This document shows, piece by piece, positions 1 to 36,054 of a DNA stretch of 64,000 bases. The notes beneath the pieces are model-generated. The model searched no databases. It saw only the letters and a program-made list of their open reading frames with translations, and was not told the origin of the DNA. The position numbers and the translations under genes were made by a program. The stretch comes from Paraspadella gotoi (taxonomy: Eukaryota; Animalia; Chaetognatha), in assembly GCA_051294375.1 (NCBI GenBank), contig CM119264.1, positions 13,854,314 through 13,918,313 of the forward strand, written 5' to 3'. Every line of letters starts with the position of its first letter. Position 1 is the stretch's first letter.

Positions 1-538
1 TATATTGGTTGTCTTAAATTTATACAAAGAAATCCGTTCAGAAAAATAATTCCAACTCAGAGGAGTAAGAAGGGAGCAGAAAACGAAAGGAGTGAAGTAA
101 AGATGTGGCGACGAGGCAAGCAGCGAGTTGAAAAGCAAGAAAGCAGAATTATGACCACCATCCCTAAGGGGTATATTGGCTTAAGGTTGAGAAGTAAACA
201 TATTCCTTCGGATATTCTCGAATACTGACTATCAGACTAAAGCATATATAATTTGTCTCGTTGTAATAATTTCGCAATTTGGTTCGGAATTTCTTAAATG
301 TTAGGAAATATATCAATTCAGCAGCTGATAGTCGCAGAGAAGAGATATAAAATGAGTCGCTCACAGTTTCGTTATGAAAAGAAGCGATCACGCTCGATAA
401 TGTATTTTAAGGGAATACAAATTTCACGACCTTCGTACGTTTGTCAGATTAGACGCTTCTCAATTTCGTATCTTACATATGTAAATATTGAGGTTGAATA
501 AAGTACAAAACAAAAACATTAATCACGAAAAATAATCG

Positions 539-848
539 TTAGCGAGTATAAAATGAATTATAAAAAGTATGTAAATTAATGAAAGAGGAAAACCAATAGT
601 AATGTGCTGAAATTATTTTATTAATGGTCCACTTAATTTCCAAACGAAGAACCCGAAAACATTTTTTGGGGGTTTGTTGTTGTTGTTGTCGATGTCGTCT
701 TCGTCCTCGTTTCACGAAATCAGGATATTTTTCCTTCGTAGAACAAATGAGCTCGCCGTGATCGTCCAACTCAAAATCACGAGGATCGAGATGTAGAGAT
801 TCTAGGGGAGAAGGAAGAGGAAGAAGATCGTAAAAAAGGGTTACGGGC
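539..848 (-). CDS. Possible exon of an unidentified gene (LESLHLDPRDFELDDHGELICSTKEKYPDFVKRGRRRHRQQQQQ)
   Basis: Acceptor-like ttcgttag after a (TTTC)n tract, then an open, non-repetitive frame. No strong donor found and no recognisable family. Confidence 0.25.
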
Positions 849-869
849 CTAACGAACGAAGAGAGAGAG

Positions 870-1000
<131 letters not shown>

Positions 1001-4000
1001 CAGACAGACAGACATAGAATATAAAAGAAAAAAGAAAGACAAGATTAGAAAAGACCTTCGAACGGGTTTCAGAATTTACAATAAGAAGAATAAATTGAGA
1101 ACTGAGCAAGCGAGAAGGCCAGCGAGATGTGAATGGGTGAACGGTCGCCAGAGGAGGTCAAAGTTCAAAAAGTGAGGAGGCGCGCGGCCTCTCCGTTACA
1201 ACGCCGATTTTTTTTTATTCTTTTGTTTGTTTGTTTTGTTTTTGCGCTCGAAAGGAGTTTAAAGGTCGCTGGAACATAAAGTCGCCAAAGAGAAATCATA
1301 TTGAATCGAAACTTAATCGGAAGTTAAATTATTTCTTGAGAGACTTTTCAAAGTCTCAAATTTATTGAATAACTCTGAGTCGCGAAAATTTCGAAATCAA
1401 AATCGAAACCGAGTTTTTTTTTTCGAATCAGGTTTTAACTTTCGTAGGGCGGACTCGTGCTTGTTCAGTCGTAAACGACTAATAATAGATTTGTATATAC
1501 TTAAATTTTATAATTTTGTCCAAAGTTGTAATCTCTAGTAAATCATAGAATTATCATCGTAAATAATATTATTGAACTTAAAATTTTATCAAAGGATTAA
1601 GAACACAATATTTGAAAAAAAAAATTAAAACCCGTCAACTCATTCACATTTAATAATTAGTCGAAAAAAGAATGATGTTCTTTTCCAATGAATCATTTCT
1701 ATCTCAGTAAAATCAAGTTCAAACTAAAGTTGGCGTTTTTTCCTTGAAACGGTCGAGATTCTGGGTTAGTATTATCGCGACCTTGAATCTTTAAAATCGT
1801 TCGAGAATCGGAGAAGCGTCGAAATGGCGTATCTGTCGTCGTTGTTAGGATGAGGCAGATACATTAGTCTCATTATTGTTCTTCTGTTTACTTAACTGCA
1901 AATCTATGAAGAGTAAGTATATCACGGTCAAGGTTTCCATTAATCCAAAATAGACGTTCTTGTTGTTTATAAAAAAAAGTCTCTGGCACAAAAAGAAAAC
2001 TAGACAATATTTTTTTTTTTTTTGCCGAGTAGTCTGTTACGTCATGAACGCTTACAATTTTTCATTCGACTTGTGTAAAGATCTCTATGGCAACGATATC
2101 GATCGTCGTTTATGTTAGTTGCGTAACGTCGTGAAAGATCAAGTTTAACGGAGGTCACTGAACGTCTTGAGTCTCGATCAGCTGAGGAAGATTTTCATGT
2201 GAGACGGAAAAGAAATATGAAAATTGACGTAACTTTACAAATACCGTCTCACTGAATCTATGCCCTCAAAAAGCGAGACTATTTTTTAGATCAATTTAAA
2301 TCGTTTACGACTCAAACTAGTTATACCTTAAATTTATATTTAATTAATGCGTATCTTTTTCTCTGATTTTTTTCCGTATTTTATTTGATTAAAGTAGTAG
2401 AAAACGGAAACTTGGTTTTTAGCTTCATCTGTTTCTTTCCATCATCCGAGATTTTTATTTTTTTTTCGTTTTAGGGCGGAGTCCAACTTTCCTCTTCCTA
2501 CTTCATTAAATACAAAAATAATTCATAAAAAAACTAACGATTGGACTCCAAGTTAGAATAAGCAAGATAACATGAAAAGTAGTCCATAAACATTTCGTAT
2601 ATTTTGCTTTTAACATGTTATGAACAAAAGTTGAAAATATAAAAAAATATTTTGAAAACGAAAACGCAGCTGAAAGATTTTGTCTGCTTACGTATTTCGA
2701 ACGTGTTGAAAAAAGCTAAAAAATATTAATGTCAAATTTTTCTTATGTTTTTCATTAAAAAAAAAGAAAATACTTTTAAAAAGAATTAATAATTTTAATA
2801 TCATTATTATTAATTTATAATCTGTAATCATAATCTGTAAATCATTTGATGAATTTTTTTTCAAAAATCGAAACTTGTTTCGGATTGAAATCGCTATTGA
2901 AATCTATCGCTTTATTCATATCCTCTGCCACTTTCTACTCATCAGTATTAAAACAGTTTCTGTTTCATTCAAAACAGACACTCACTCTCTCTCTGTCAAA
3001 GCTAGTTTCCTACTGCTCAGAGCCTAAAATTTTTTAAAAAATCCGGCCAAAACAACATCGTTCTTTTTGGACGGGAGGTTTCCGACGTAATAAAAGAGTC
3101 GCTTAGATAAGGTTTGAGAGGCATCAAGTGCTTTAGCACTTTTCAAGCGTAAACGATACAGACACACCGACAAAAGGGATAATTTTTTTGAAAGGATGTT
3201 TTATTTGAGAGTTAACCGTCAAAACTCAGGACGATGGATAGTGACGAAAAAGTCTCTGACGTCCTGTTGTTCCCCTATGTTGTTTCTATTTCTCTGAACT
3301 TGTGCATGTGCAATGTGCAATGTGCAATGTGCAAGTCTTTCAACTTTTTAACTCTCGTCTTGATCAGACGACGTCATCGATGAATAAGACCGAGAGAATG
3401 AATCAAGTTTTTTTTTATAAGGTGTCAGTTCTCTGGGTGACTAATCATATCGGGGAAGCAATGAGTCCTCCCACTCACTTGATTTATAACGAAACTCGTT
3501 GTTGTTTTCTCATTTTTCACCGAGACAGTAGGAGACGAACGGTCGAATTTAAACCACCATAACTTTTAGACGTCAAACTGCCAGAAATCAGCGGTTATTC
3601 GTAATTAACTTTGATTTTTTTTCTCACATTGCAAAAAAAATTAAATACCAAGAAGGATCGATGAGGCCTGTCTATGTCTGTAAATCAGTCTGTTTCGTTT
3701 CTGTAAGTGTAACGTTGCCTCCCTCTCTTGTTGCTAATTTGTTCGATCTTCCCTTATTTCAGACAACTTCTCGTGGCCGACGCCAGAGCGGCTCCCGGTC
3801 GACATACAAAAGATCTGTCGCTACAACGGAATTAAATGGATTCACGATTATCAAGACGCGTGCGTGGCTAAGATTGTACGATTCATCAAAGGAGAGACAG
3901 GTGCTAATATTTGTAAATAAAAAAATATTGTTTAAAATTCGGTCATTGTATATATTAAACTACATGTTTTTATCCAATTATCAAGAATCCTGGATGATAA

Positions 4001-4917
4001 TGATATTAATGGTAGAAGCTCGAGTTGCTCTTTTTTTAAGTTATTAGGTTTACTAGTCTAGATCAAAATATAACCAAGTTATCGAACTAAAACATACGAA
4101 ATATTAGCCAAATTGCAATAATATTCAAATATAACCTCTTTTGTACAAAACTTACATTTATTAGTAAATTCAGCAACAAAGAGATCGAGGACGTTTTGAA
4201 TATAACCCAAGATGCTTTTCATTCTTCTATGTAGCTCCGTCCGTCGTGTCGGCGATTTCTTCCGTCGCTTCCGAACCGATCACGTGACGACAACTATAAC
4301 TAAGACCTTCAAAGACAAGAGGTGTCACTTACGAGGTCAAGATTTAAACACCTCTATGTACAAGATCTATGTTTAAATCGTGAGAGAACAATCTAATGAT
4401 TAGTCCAATAGCGTAATAGACGAATGTTTTTAAAATGAGCAACGACCAAATAAACTGTTATTTTTTTTTTGTCGCCCAATAGTATTTATTTTGTTCTGAG
4501 TTAATATAAACAATAACGAAAACAAGCGGCGTTCACCTATTTATTTAAAAAAAAAAAACAGTTTACAAGAAACCTAAATTTTTTTTATATTTTTGAGATC
4601 GATTATTTTTAAATAAAAATCTTCGTCTCCAATTCGGTGAAATAAAATTTATCAAATAATAGGTTCTTAAATAAATTATAAAAGCCAATTTCAATTTGTA
4701 AACGATCGCGGAAACGGAACGAGATAATACCGGTGACCGAATCGAAAAAATGGAAATGGATCGAAAGGTCAGAAAAGAGTCTCGGGGTCAAACAAGGACG
4801 CGCATTCAGTCAAGGTCGCCGGTTGGAATTGAAGAGACCCTGGCTTTAAGAGTTGGCTCCGGGTAAGGAGTAAAAGGGTGAGTGACCTTAGGCGCCCTGG
4901 CTTTCTCCGATCACTGG

Positions 4918-5312
4918 GAATATATTAAGGTATTGGAATTAAAAAGAAAAGATTGAAAGATTATATTGATTGGCTGATTAAGAAACTAGATATGTACATC
5001 TTTTCGTAGCTTAAGACTTAATGTAGCATATATTATAGAATATATTATAGAATATATTAAGGTATTGCCTATTGGAAATAAAAAGAAAAGATTGAAAGAT
5101 TATATTGATTGGCTGATTAAGAAACTAGATATGTACATCTTTTCGTAGCTTAAGACTTAATGTAGCATATATTATAGAATATATTATAGAATATATTAAG
5201 GTATTGCCTATTGGAAATAAAAAGAAAAGATTGAAAGGTTATATTGATTGGCTGATTAAGAAACTAGATATGTACATCTTTTCGTAGCTTAAGACATAAT
5301 GTAGCATATATA
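4918..5312. repeat. Tandem repeat, ~139-bp unit, ~2.9 copies
   Basis: Near-identical units start at 4918, 5050 and 5189 (gaatatattaaggtatt...gattggctgattaagaaactagatatgtacatc...). The first unit lacks 7 bp. Confidence 0.9.
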
Positions 5313-5864
5313 TTGGTTGTACCAATTTCATATTAATTTGCGAATTATTTCCAATTATACCAGTTCCTTGCCAAAACTGATAAAATAAAATATGAAGGAA
5401 AAAGGGCATACAAAAGGCAATCAGATCCCTGATCATGAAGTCTTTTCTTAAACAGGAACATATCTGAATCATGTTTATAAAGTTTCAAAAGTAAAAAATT
5501 CCTTTCATTTATATAGAAAAATCAAGGTGGAAAATTTCTTTATCGCGGAGTAGTCTAGTTCTCCTGGCTCGTTTGATCTAAAAAAGTTGGTCAATTACTA
5601 AGCGAAAAAAAATGCGAGCTCTTCAGACGCAACGCTCTCGGAATCGTGCGTTTTTACAGCTATTTTTTAATTTTACCCCAATTTTTCACTAGGGCGTTTA
5701 TAAAGTTTGGTAGTAAGATTTAAACGTTAAAAAATATTTCAATATTTCTCGAAGATACGAAGACTTCTACGTTGCTTATGTTGGTACGAATTTTAAATTT
5801 GTTAACTGCTGAAAGAAGAACATTAAAAAAATCTTTATTTAGCTAATTTTTTGAGAAAAAAATA

Positions 5865-8800
5865 ATGGCTGGGAAACGAGTCGATTTTCCAGTCTTAAAA
5901 ACGTCAGGGCCGCCGTATAACAAAAGAACACTTCTCGCCAACGCTAAGTATTTCGCCCCTTACCCATCGATGGCCACTTGGATGCTGCAAGATAAACCTT
6001 ACCAGGGAAGAAGGAGAAAGCCCGGAAGATTGGGCGTGCCCAGCCGAAGCTCTGTAAGACGATAAAAAAAGACCAGCGAAAACATTTTATTTGATAGATA
6101 AGCCCTTGACGTTTTATTTTTAAATTAATTATCATTAACAACTTTAAATCTATTTTCCAGCAAAGGTGGTAAAATCTCCAAGTTGTCGGCGAAAAGCATT
6201 TGTTAAAAATCAAGTGCAATTTGATTGGGTTTTTGAGACCCGAGTACAGATATAATAGTCCATAAACCTTTTGGTGCCTGGGAGGGTAAATCTCGAGCCT
6301 TTATTGAAATTATTCTAGCAGGCTGATACAACTATGATCAAGAATCCTTGTCTGTGCCAAAAGGATTATTGGCAAGATGAAGATGGGTACCCACTGCCTA
6401 GAATTATACTGTCTTTCCTAGAAAAACTGAATAACTAGAAGTGGGTTATGGTCAATGGTCAATTTTAAAGAATAGGTAGTTTAAGTAGGATAGAGTGGTC
6501 ACTGGTCAGTGCATCACAGCATCTACTGCATTTACCTTAATTTTTACAGAAAAAAACAGTTCCAGAAGTGTGCATATCCCTTAGCCATTCTGAGGGTCCA
6601 ACCTGTGACATCTTGATATTTTCTTGTGGTAATTCATCACTGGAAAGGCAGTATTCGACTTTTGTAATGATAAAAAATCAGAATTATGGGTCATGGTTTT
6701 TTGCTTCATGAAGAATAATTAATTTCTTCTAAAGATGCCGAATGGACATTTTAAAAGCGTCAATGATTTTTCTATCAAATAGTAGCAAAAATTTTATTTA
6801 TTGGCATACAGTTTACGTGTAATTAATTTTTATTTAGTAGCAGACGATTTGGCTCACGGTGTACGTATTTTTATTTCTAGAGAACGGTCGAATCCCAATG
6901 GCGGGGAAATTTGTTGACGCGATCGGAACCGGATGTAGACGTTTTGCGACAATGGAATATCCGGGAGAGAATTGGGGGTTGGGGTACCAAGGCTAAGAAA
7001 ATAAAAGAGAGGTCCAAGAAAGGTGCGTAGAGGTGGTTTATTTTGTAGTTTTTAGAACAGAGATAGCTTGATCCGAGAGGATGAGAGAGAGAATTATAGG
7101 TGGATAAAGAGATCGAGAAGAGCTTGAATAGTGGTTTGTGTTTCAAAACTTCTAACTTAAAAGTTAACTTGCAATTTGCCCATCAGCTCCTTCGATAGAA
7201 AGCAAAGTCGTCCAGCATGTGATTAGTTTGGAATCTGCGCCGACGGTGCAAGTCCTTGCGGAGGAGGAAGAAGAAAAGGAGGAGGAGGCCGAAGAGATCG
7301 AGGAAGAGGTGGAGGAACCCGAGAGAGAAGAAGAATCGGAGGAAGAAATGATAGCGGAAGAAATAGAGGAAGAGATTCCGGAGGAGGTAGAAGAAGAGGA
7401 AAAGGAGGAAGCGGCTGAGGAGGAAATCATAGAGGAGGTTTTGGAGGAAGCTCCGGCGGCGATCGAGGAACCGGAAAAGGAGGAAGAGAAAAGTGAGGAA
7501 GAAATAATAGAAAGGAAAGAGGAAATGGAGGAAAAGGAAGAGGACGGAGACGGAGATAGAGTTGAGAGAGAAAAGGAGGAAATCGAAGAAGAGATAGAGA
7601 CGGATTTGGGAGAAAGAGATTTAGTGGAGATAGAAGGACCGGCGGAAGAAGAGCCGCAAGAAGCCGTAGTGGAGGAAGGCCCAGCTGAGGAAGCTCCTGC
7701 GGAAGAAGCTCCTGAGGAAGAAGCTCCTGAGGAAGAAGCTCCTGCGGTTGCTATCGATGATGGAGCAGAAGGAGAGGAGGTTAAACCCGATGCCGTTAAA
7801 GAAGAAGTCGAAGCCGAAGAAGTGGAGGAGGATGAGGATAAGGACAGGAGATGGGGACTTCGAGGACCGTGGAGGACTCAGGCCGGAGCCATTAGATCCA
7901 ACATCAAGTGAGTCGTCGTTTCAGGTTTATGTTGAAAGTTATGTCTTATCTCTTTTCTGACATTTTACGATTTTTTATATAATTACTGTTCTTTGATGTG
8001 TAAGGCGGGCCAAAATTGATCACTTTTTATAAATTCTCTCAAAAAATTTTTTTTCCTTCTTTTACTAAGCATGGTTCCCTAGATACCCCGTAAAAGAAAA
8101 TGGAATTAACACATTTTTGAAACACAAAAAAATTAGTTCATTGGGCTGTTGCACTGAAGCTTTAAAATATTTATTAATATATAACAAATGAAAAAATAAA
8201 ATTTTGAAATTTATTTTTTAAAAACGAATTCCTATAAAACTTGAAAAGTTAAATAAAAGTTAGTACTATAATTTTTTTAAATTTTGACAATAAATTGGCT
8301 AAAAATAGAAAAAAACCTTAAAAAATCATCATCATCATCATTGGCTGAATTTTATGTTTTTTTAAAATTTTCATCAATAAAACAAAACAATTTTTAAAAA
8401 ATTGTAATAATAACCTTTATCTAACTTTTAAAGCTCTATCAGAATCTATTAAAAAAAAATTGATCTTATTAGGTCGCGTGTTGATGTTGCCACAATATAG
8501 TAATAAAATAATTTTTAAATGCTTCCGTGCGCTCATCAATAAGACAAATTGTAAAAATTATTTTCATTTTCATATTCTCTAACATTACCTTTTATCTATT
8601 TTAGAGAACTTCTATTTTTCTACCTGTTCCGGCCTAATGATGAGTCTTTTTCAATCGCCAGACTCTCGGTGGCCGCTTCGGACCCCAGCGAAGACGCTGA
8701 GGCCGCCAAATTCCAAGACATGAACAAGAAACGGAGCAGCGTCGTCGTCGCCGTCGACGCAAAGAAGAGCAGCGTCGCCGAGCATGACGGCCGCAGAGAC

Positions 8801-9001
8801 GCTGGAGCTGAAAGGCGCCGCAGCAGCACTCTGGCCGTGGAAGGAAGACGGAGCAGCACCGCGGCCTTGGATCGGCGCCGCAGCAGCACCGTGGCGCAGT
8901 CGGCCGACCCGTCGGATCGAGAGGTCGGAGGTCAAAGAAGTCAGCAACAGACGGCGTTGGCGCGGCAAAGGAGCAGTCTGGCTGGGAAGGGGGGGAGTTG
9001 A
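5865..9001 (+). CDS. Paralog A: 4-exon gene, 463-aa protein (basic head / Glu-rich spacer / RRSS-repeat tail); exons 5865-6053, 6881-7022, 7187-7907, 8662-9001
   Basis: Canonical splice sites (tct|gtaaga..ttctag, aag|gtgcgt..catcag, caa|gtgagt..gccag), intron phases 0/1/2. Exons sum to 1392 nt in an open frame. The same exon structure and conserved peptides recur in paralog B. Confidence 0.88.
8001..8637. mobile_element. Non-autonomous DNA transposon (MITE-like) in intron 3 of paralog A
   Basis: Imperfect terminal inverted repeats (TAAGGCGGGCCA ... TGTTCCGGCCTAA) and flanking near-direct repeat tgatgtg/tgatgag. A second copy lies at 34399-35036. Paralog B intron 3 is only 102 bp versus 754 bp here. 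Confidence 0.65.
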
Positions 9002-9594
9002 ACCGGATCTCTTCCGGCTGGACTGCAGGATGGAGTCGTAAATTTGAGTACATTTAGTATTAGTATCAGTATTTAGTCGTAAAAATTTGGATTACTCCAG
9101 CAAAGATTACTATATATTTCTTTTGTAGTTTTAGAAATGAAATTTTTGAACTTTCTATGTATTGTAGTAGAAATTTTATAGCTAAAAATATTTTTTGAAA
9201 ATATGCTTACAATTTGTTACTTTAAATACTAAAGAGCTTAATTGTTGGCTCGAATGATACCTTTTTAAAAACGAAATAAATGTATTGTAGAAAGATTATT
9301 CGGTTGTTTTTCTGTCTATGCTACTCCTTTTGAAAAACCAGAGAGAAAAGACCGAAGCTCAAGTTAGAAAAAGATTAAACTAAGGAATTGTTAGAAGCTA
9401 CATGTGAGTTACAATTGAAACAATTACAATTACTATTGAATCTTGAAATATTTTACTACTTACTAGGACACTTCCACTACAAATTGCTATCCATTCACAA
9501 AAAGACTGAAAATAAATAAATTAAAACAAACTTTGCCATCCTTAAAAATTTCAATAAACAAACTACCTTTAGTCCATTTAATAGCCATATCATC

Positions 9595-11538
9595 ATGCCA
9601 GAATTTCCAGTTTTAAAAACCTCGGGACCTCCTTACAACAAACGAACCATTCTTGCGACAGCCAAATACTTTTCGCCTTACCCGTCAGCGGCCACGTGGA
9701 TGCTGGAAAAGAAGCCTTACCAAGGGAGGATGAGAAAACCTGGAAAACTGGGCATTCCGAATAGAAGTGCGGTAGGTCCGGGAAAATGGCGAGTTATTAC
9801 TTCAAGCATATCAATTTACAACCTTAACTTTTGTATGGCTTTTTCATATTCGCCGGTTTTTTTTGATAATACATTTTTTAAAAATTTGGAACCGTATTAT
9901 AGTCAATGGTTGAATCTCAATGGCGCGGAAATCTATTGACGAGAGCTAATCCTGACGTCGACGTTTTGCGGCAATGGAACATCCGAGAGCGGATTGCGGG
10001 CTGGGGGAGCAAGCCTAAGAAAATAAAGCCAAAAAAAGGTAACATTATGACAACAGCCAGATTGTCCATGGTGCCCACTGCCCAGCTGTAAGGGGCATTT
10101 CCCCTGCTGGCGTTGGGGGCTTCGAACGCTCAGTGACACCCCGTGCCACCGCCGAGGTTACACCGGGAAGTCGATATGACTGTGGAGTATGGAGGGAATG
10201 TCCGTTTGGGATGGCGCTTCCCCCCGCTCTGACCCGGGGATTGGGCGAATGAGGTTGGAGGTGAGTGGGAGTTAGTAAAACTGAGTATAGCCCCAAAAAT
10301 TAAAAACAAAAAGCATAAAAATTGGCACTATTTAACGTAAAAAACGAATCACTCTCTCTCGCTTCTCAGTGCCTTCAATCGAAATCGAAGAACCGGCTCG
10401 CTTCATCCTCGTAGAAGAGGAGGAAGAGGAGGAAATTCTGGAGAGGATCGAGGAGGAAGTACCGGAAGCGGAGGAGAAGGAGGAAGAAACGAAAGAGGAG
10501 GAAAAAGAAGAAGAAAATATCGAAGAAGAAAAACCGGCGGAAGTCGTGGAGGAACAAATAGAGGAAGAGATCGAAGCGGAGGCCGCTCCCGCCGCAAAGG
10601 AGGAGGAAGAGGAAGAGGAAGAGAAGATCGAGGAATTGATTGAGATAGTGAAGGAGGAAGCCCCGGCGCCGGCCGCGGTAGAGGCGCCCGCCAAAGTGGA
10701 GGAAAAGAAGGAAGCGAAGAAAGAGGAAAAGGAAGAAAAGGAAGCGGACGATCGCGATCGAGGATTAAAGGAGAAAGAAAAAGAGAAAGAACCGGAACCG
10801 GAACGAGAACCGGAACCGGAACGAGAACCGGAATGGGACGCAGGCCCGGCGGAGGAAGCGCCGGAGGAAGCGCCGGAGGAGCGAGCTCCAGATGTGGAAG
10901 CTTCGATGGAACAGGGCCCCGCGGAAGAAGCTGCAGCTGCGGAAGCAGAACAAGAAGAAGAAGCTCCGCCCGAAGAAGAGAAGAAGGCCGAGGAGAAAGT
11001 TGAGGAGGAGAAGAAAGAAGAGGAAGCTGGAGAGGAAGAGGCTGACGATGGGGATGATAAAGACAGAAGATGGGGACTACGTGGTCCATGGAGAACTCAA
11101 CAAGGCGCCATCAGATCGAACGTCAAGTGAGTGATTAACTTGCATTACTTTGCGAGACTGAATTTACAAATTTAGAGACGAGCAAGAACTGAATTGGTTC
11201 CATCTATAAATGTTCTCTTCCTCTCTAGATTGTCGGTCGCCACTTCCGAAACCGACGAAGACGCCGAAGCCGAGAGATTCCGGCAGATGAACGTCCGGCG
11301 CAGCAGCGTCGCCGTCGTCGTCGCGCAGAAGCCCGAAGATCAAGGCCGCGGCGGCGCCGTGGAACGGCGACGCAGCAGCACGGTCGCGGTCGAAGGACGT
11401 CGGAGCAGCACCGCGGCGACGCTGGACCGAAAACGAAGCGGCGCCGCGGCGTCGGAAACGGGGTCGGGTGGCGCAGCGGAGGCCCGCGGCAGTCGGGCGT
11501 CGCTTGGGCGACGGCGGAGCAGTGTGGCGCGGCAGTGA
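9595..11538 (+). CDS. Paralog B: 4-exon gene, 459-aa protein; exons 9595-9771, 9903-10038, 10370-11126, 11229-11538
   Basis: Splice sites gcg|gtaggt..tatag, aag|gtaaca..tctcag, caa|gtgagt..ctctag; phases 0/1/2 as in paralog A; 1380 nt open frame. 45 of 56 exon-1 residues are identical to A, with many synonymous differences. AATAAA at about 11711. Confidence 0.88.
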
Positions 11539-12591
11539 TTTTTCGATCATCGTTTTACAAATTGAGGGTATTCGGCTGAGTCGTGAAAGGGAAGTGATAA
11601 TGGGAATCTTTTAGCGAATGATTTTAAAAATTTCACGGTATTAGTAGGTACTAGTACTGAATATTTTTAAAAAAATAAGTAGTATGACTGTCTAGAATCG
11701 TTTAAATTAGAATAAATCGTGTAATATTGTAACAAAATAACTAATATTTTAAGTGTTGAAGTAGGTGACTTTTTGGAGAAATACTTTTTTTGGAAATGAA
11801 ACCAGTCTTGGCTTTTCTACTGATTCGCCACGTACTTAAGCCGACGTACATTTGGAGATGCCTGGAATTGACTGTTTACCAACTTAACAAGCATAATCAT
11901 TAATCAATACTGAACATAAAAGACTGCAATGGTTTTCTTTTGAACGATTAAAGGGAGGAACAGCTCATGACAAATAATACTTAATAAGTAACAATTACAA
12001 GAAATACATGAATCATTATCACAGCGAAAAAATATTCATAACTATTAAAAAAAAAACATTTTTTGAAACAACAAAACTTTTTTCAAATCTTTTCACAACC
12101 CATTCTTTTTCACGTATCGATTTAATGCTAAAATTTAGGATACGAAAAAATATTTTCTTCGTCCGTATTTTTCGTAATATCCAAATCGGATCATTCCGTT
12201 TCTTCAATTTTCTTTTTCTTCAATTTCGACTCGCCGACTTAAAGGCGAAAGACAACCAAACTCAGCTTTTTAAATTAAAATTGTGAAAATAAATAATATG
12301 AGAAATACAAATGCGAGGATCTTTTCCAACTCGGGAGATTCTCTAATCTCTAGTCTCCAGGATATCAAGGATCTCGTTGAGAGTAATCTGCGAGAAGTCT
12401 TTAAAAAAAAACCGCTCTTCTTATTTGTAAATATTTCTTTCATTCAATTGCCCAATTGCCCATTTTGAAAAAAAAAATTATCTTATTTTAGTTTTTGAAA
12501 ACTCCTTCTATCTCCTCCCACTTCTCTTAATTTATAACTTTTCTCCAGCAACTTCCCTCCCCACGCTTTCCTCCTCCCTCTCTCCCCTTCC

Positions 12592-36054
<23,463 letters not shown>

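Noticed and set aside
10277-10295. Minus-strand GGGGCTATACTCAGTTTT resembling the RNase MRP RNA 3' motif
   Set aside because: The upstream sequence on that strand is AT-rich intron and coding exon, with no matching 5' conserved region.
7164-11089. Antisense Ser/Leu/Pro-rich ORFs opposite the Glu-rich exons
   Set aside because: Shadow frames of GAG/GAA-rich coding sequence; the + strand has the splice sites and paralog conservation.
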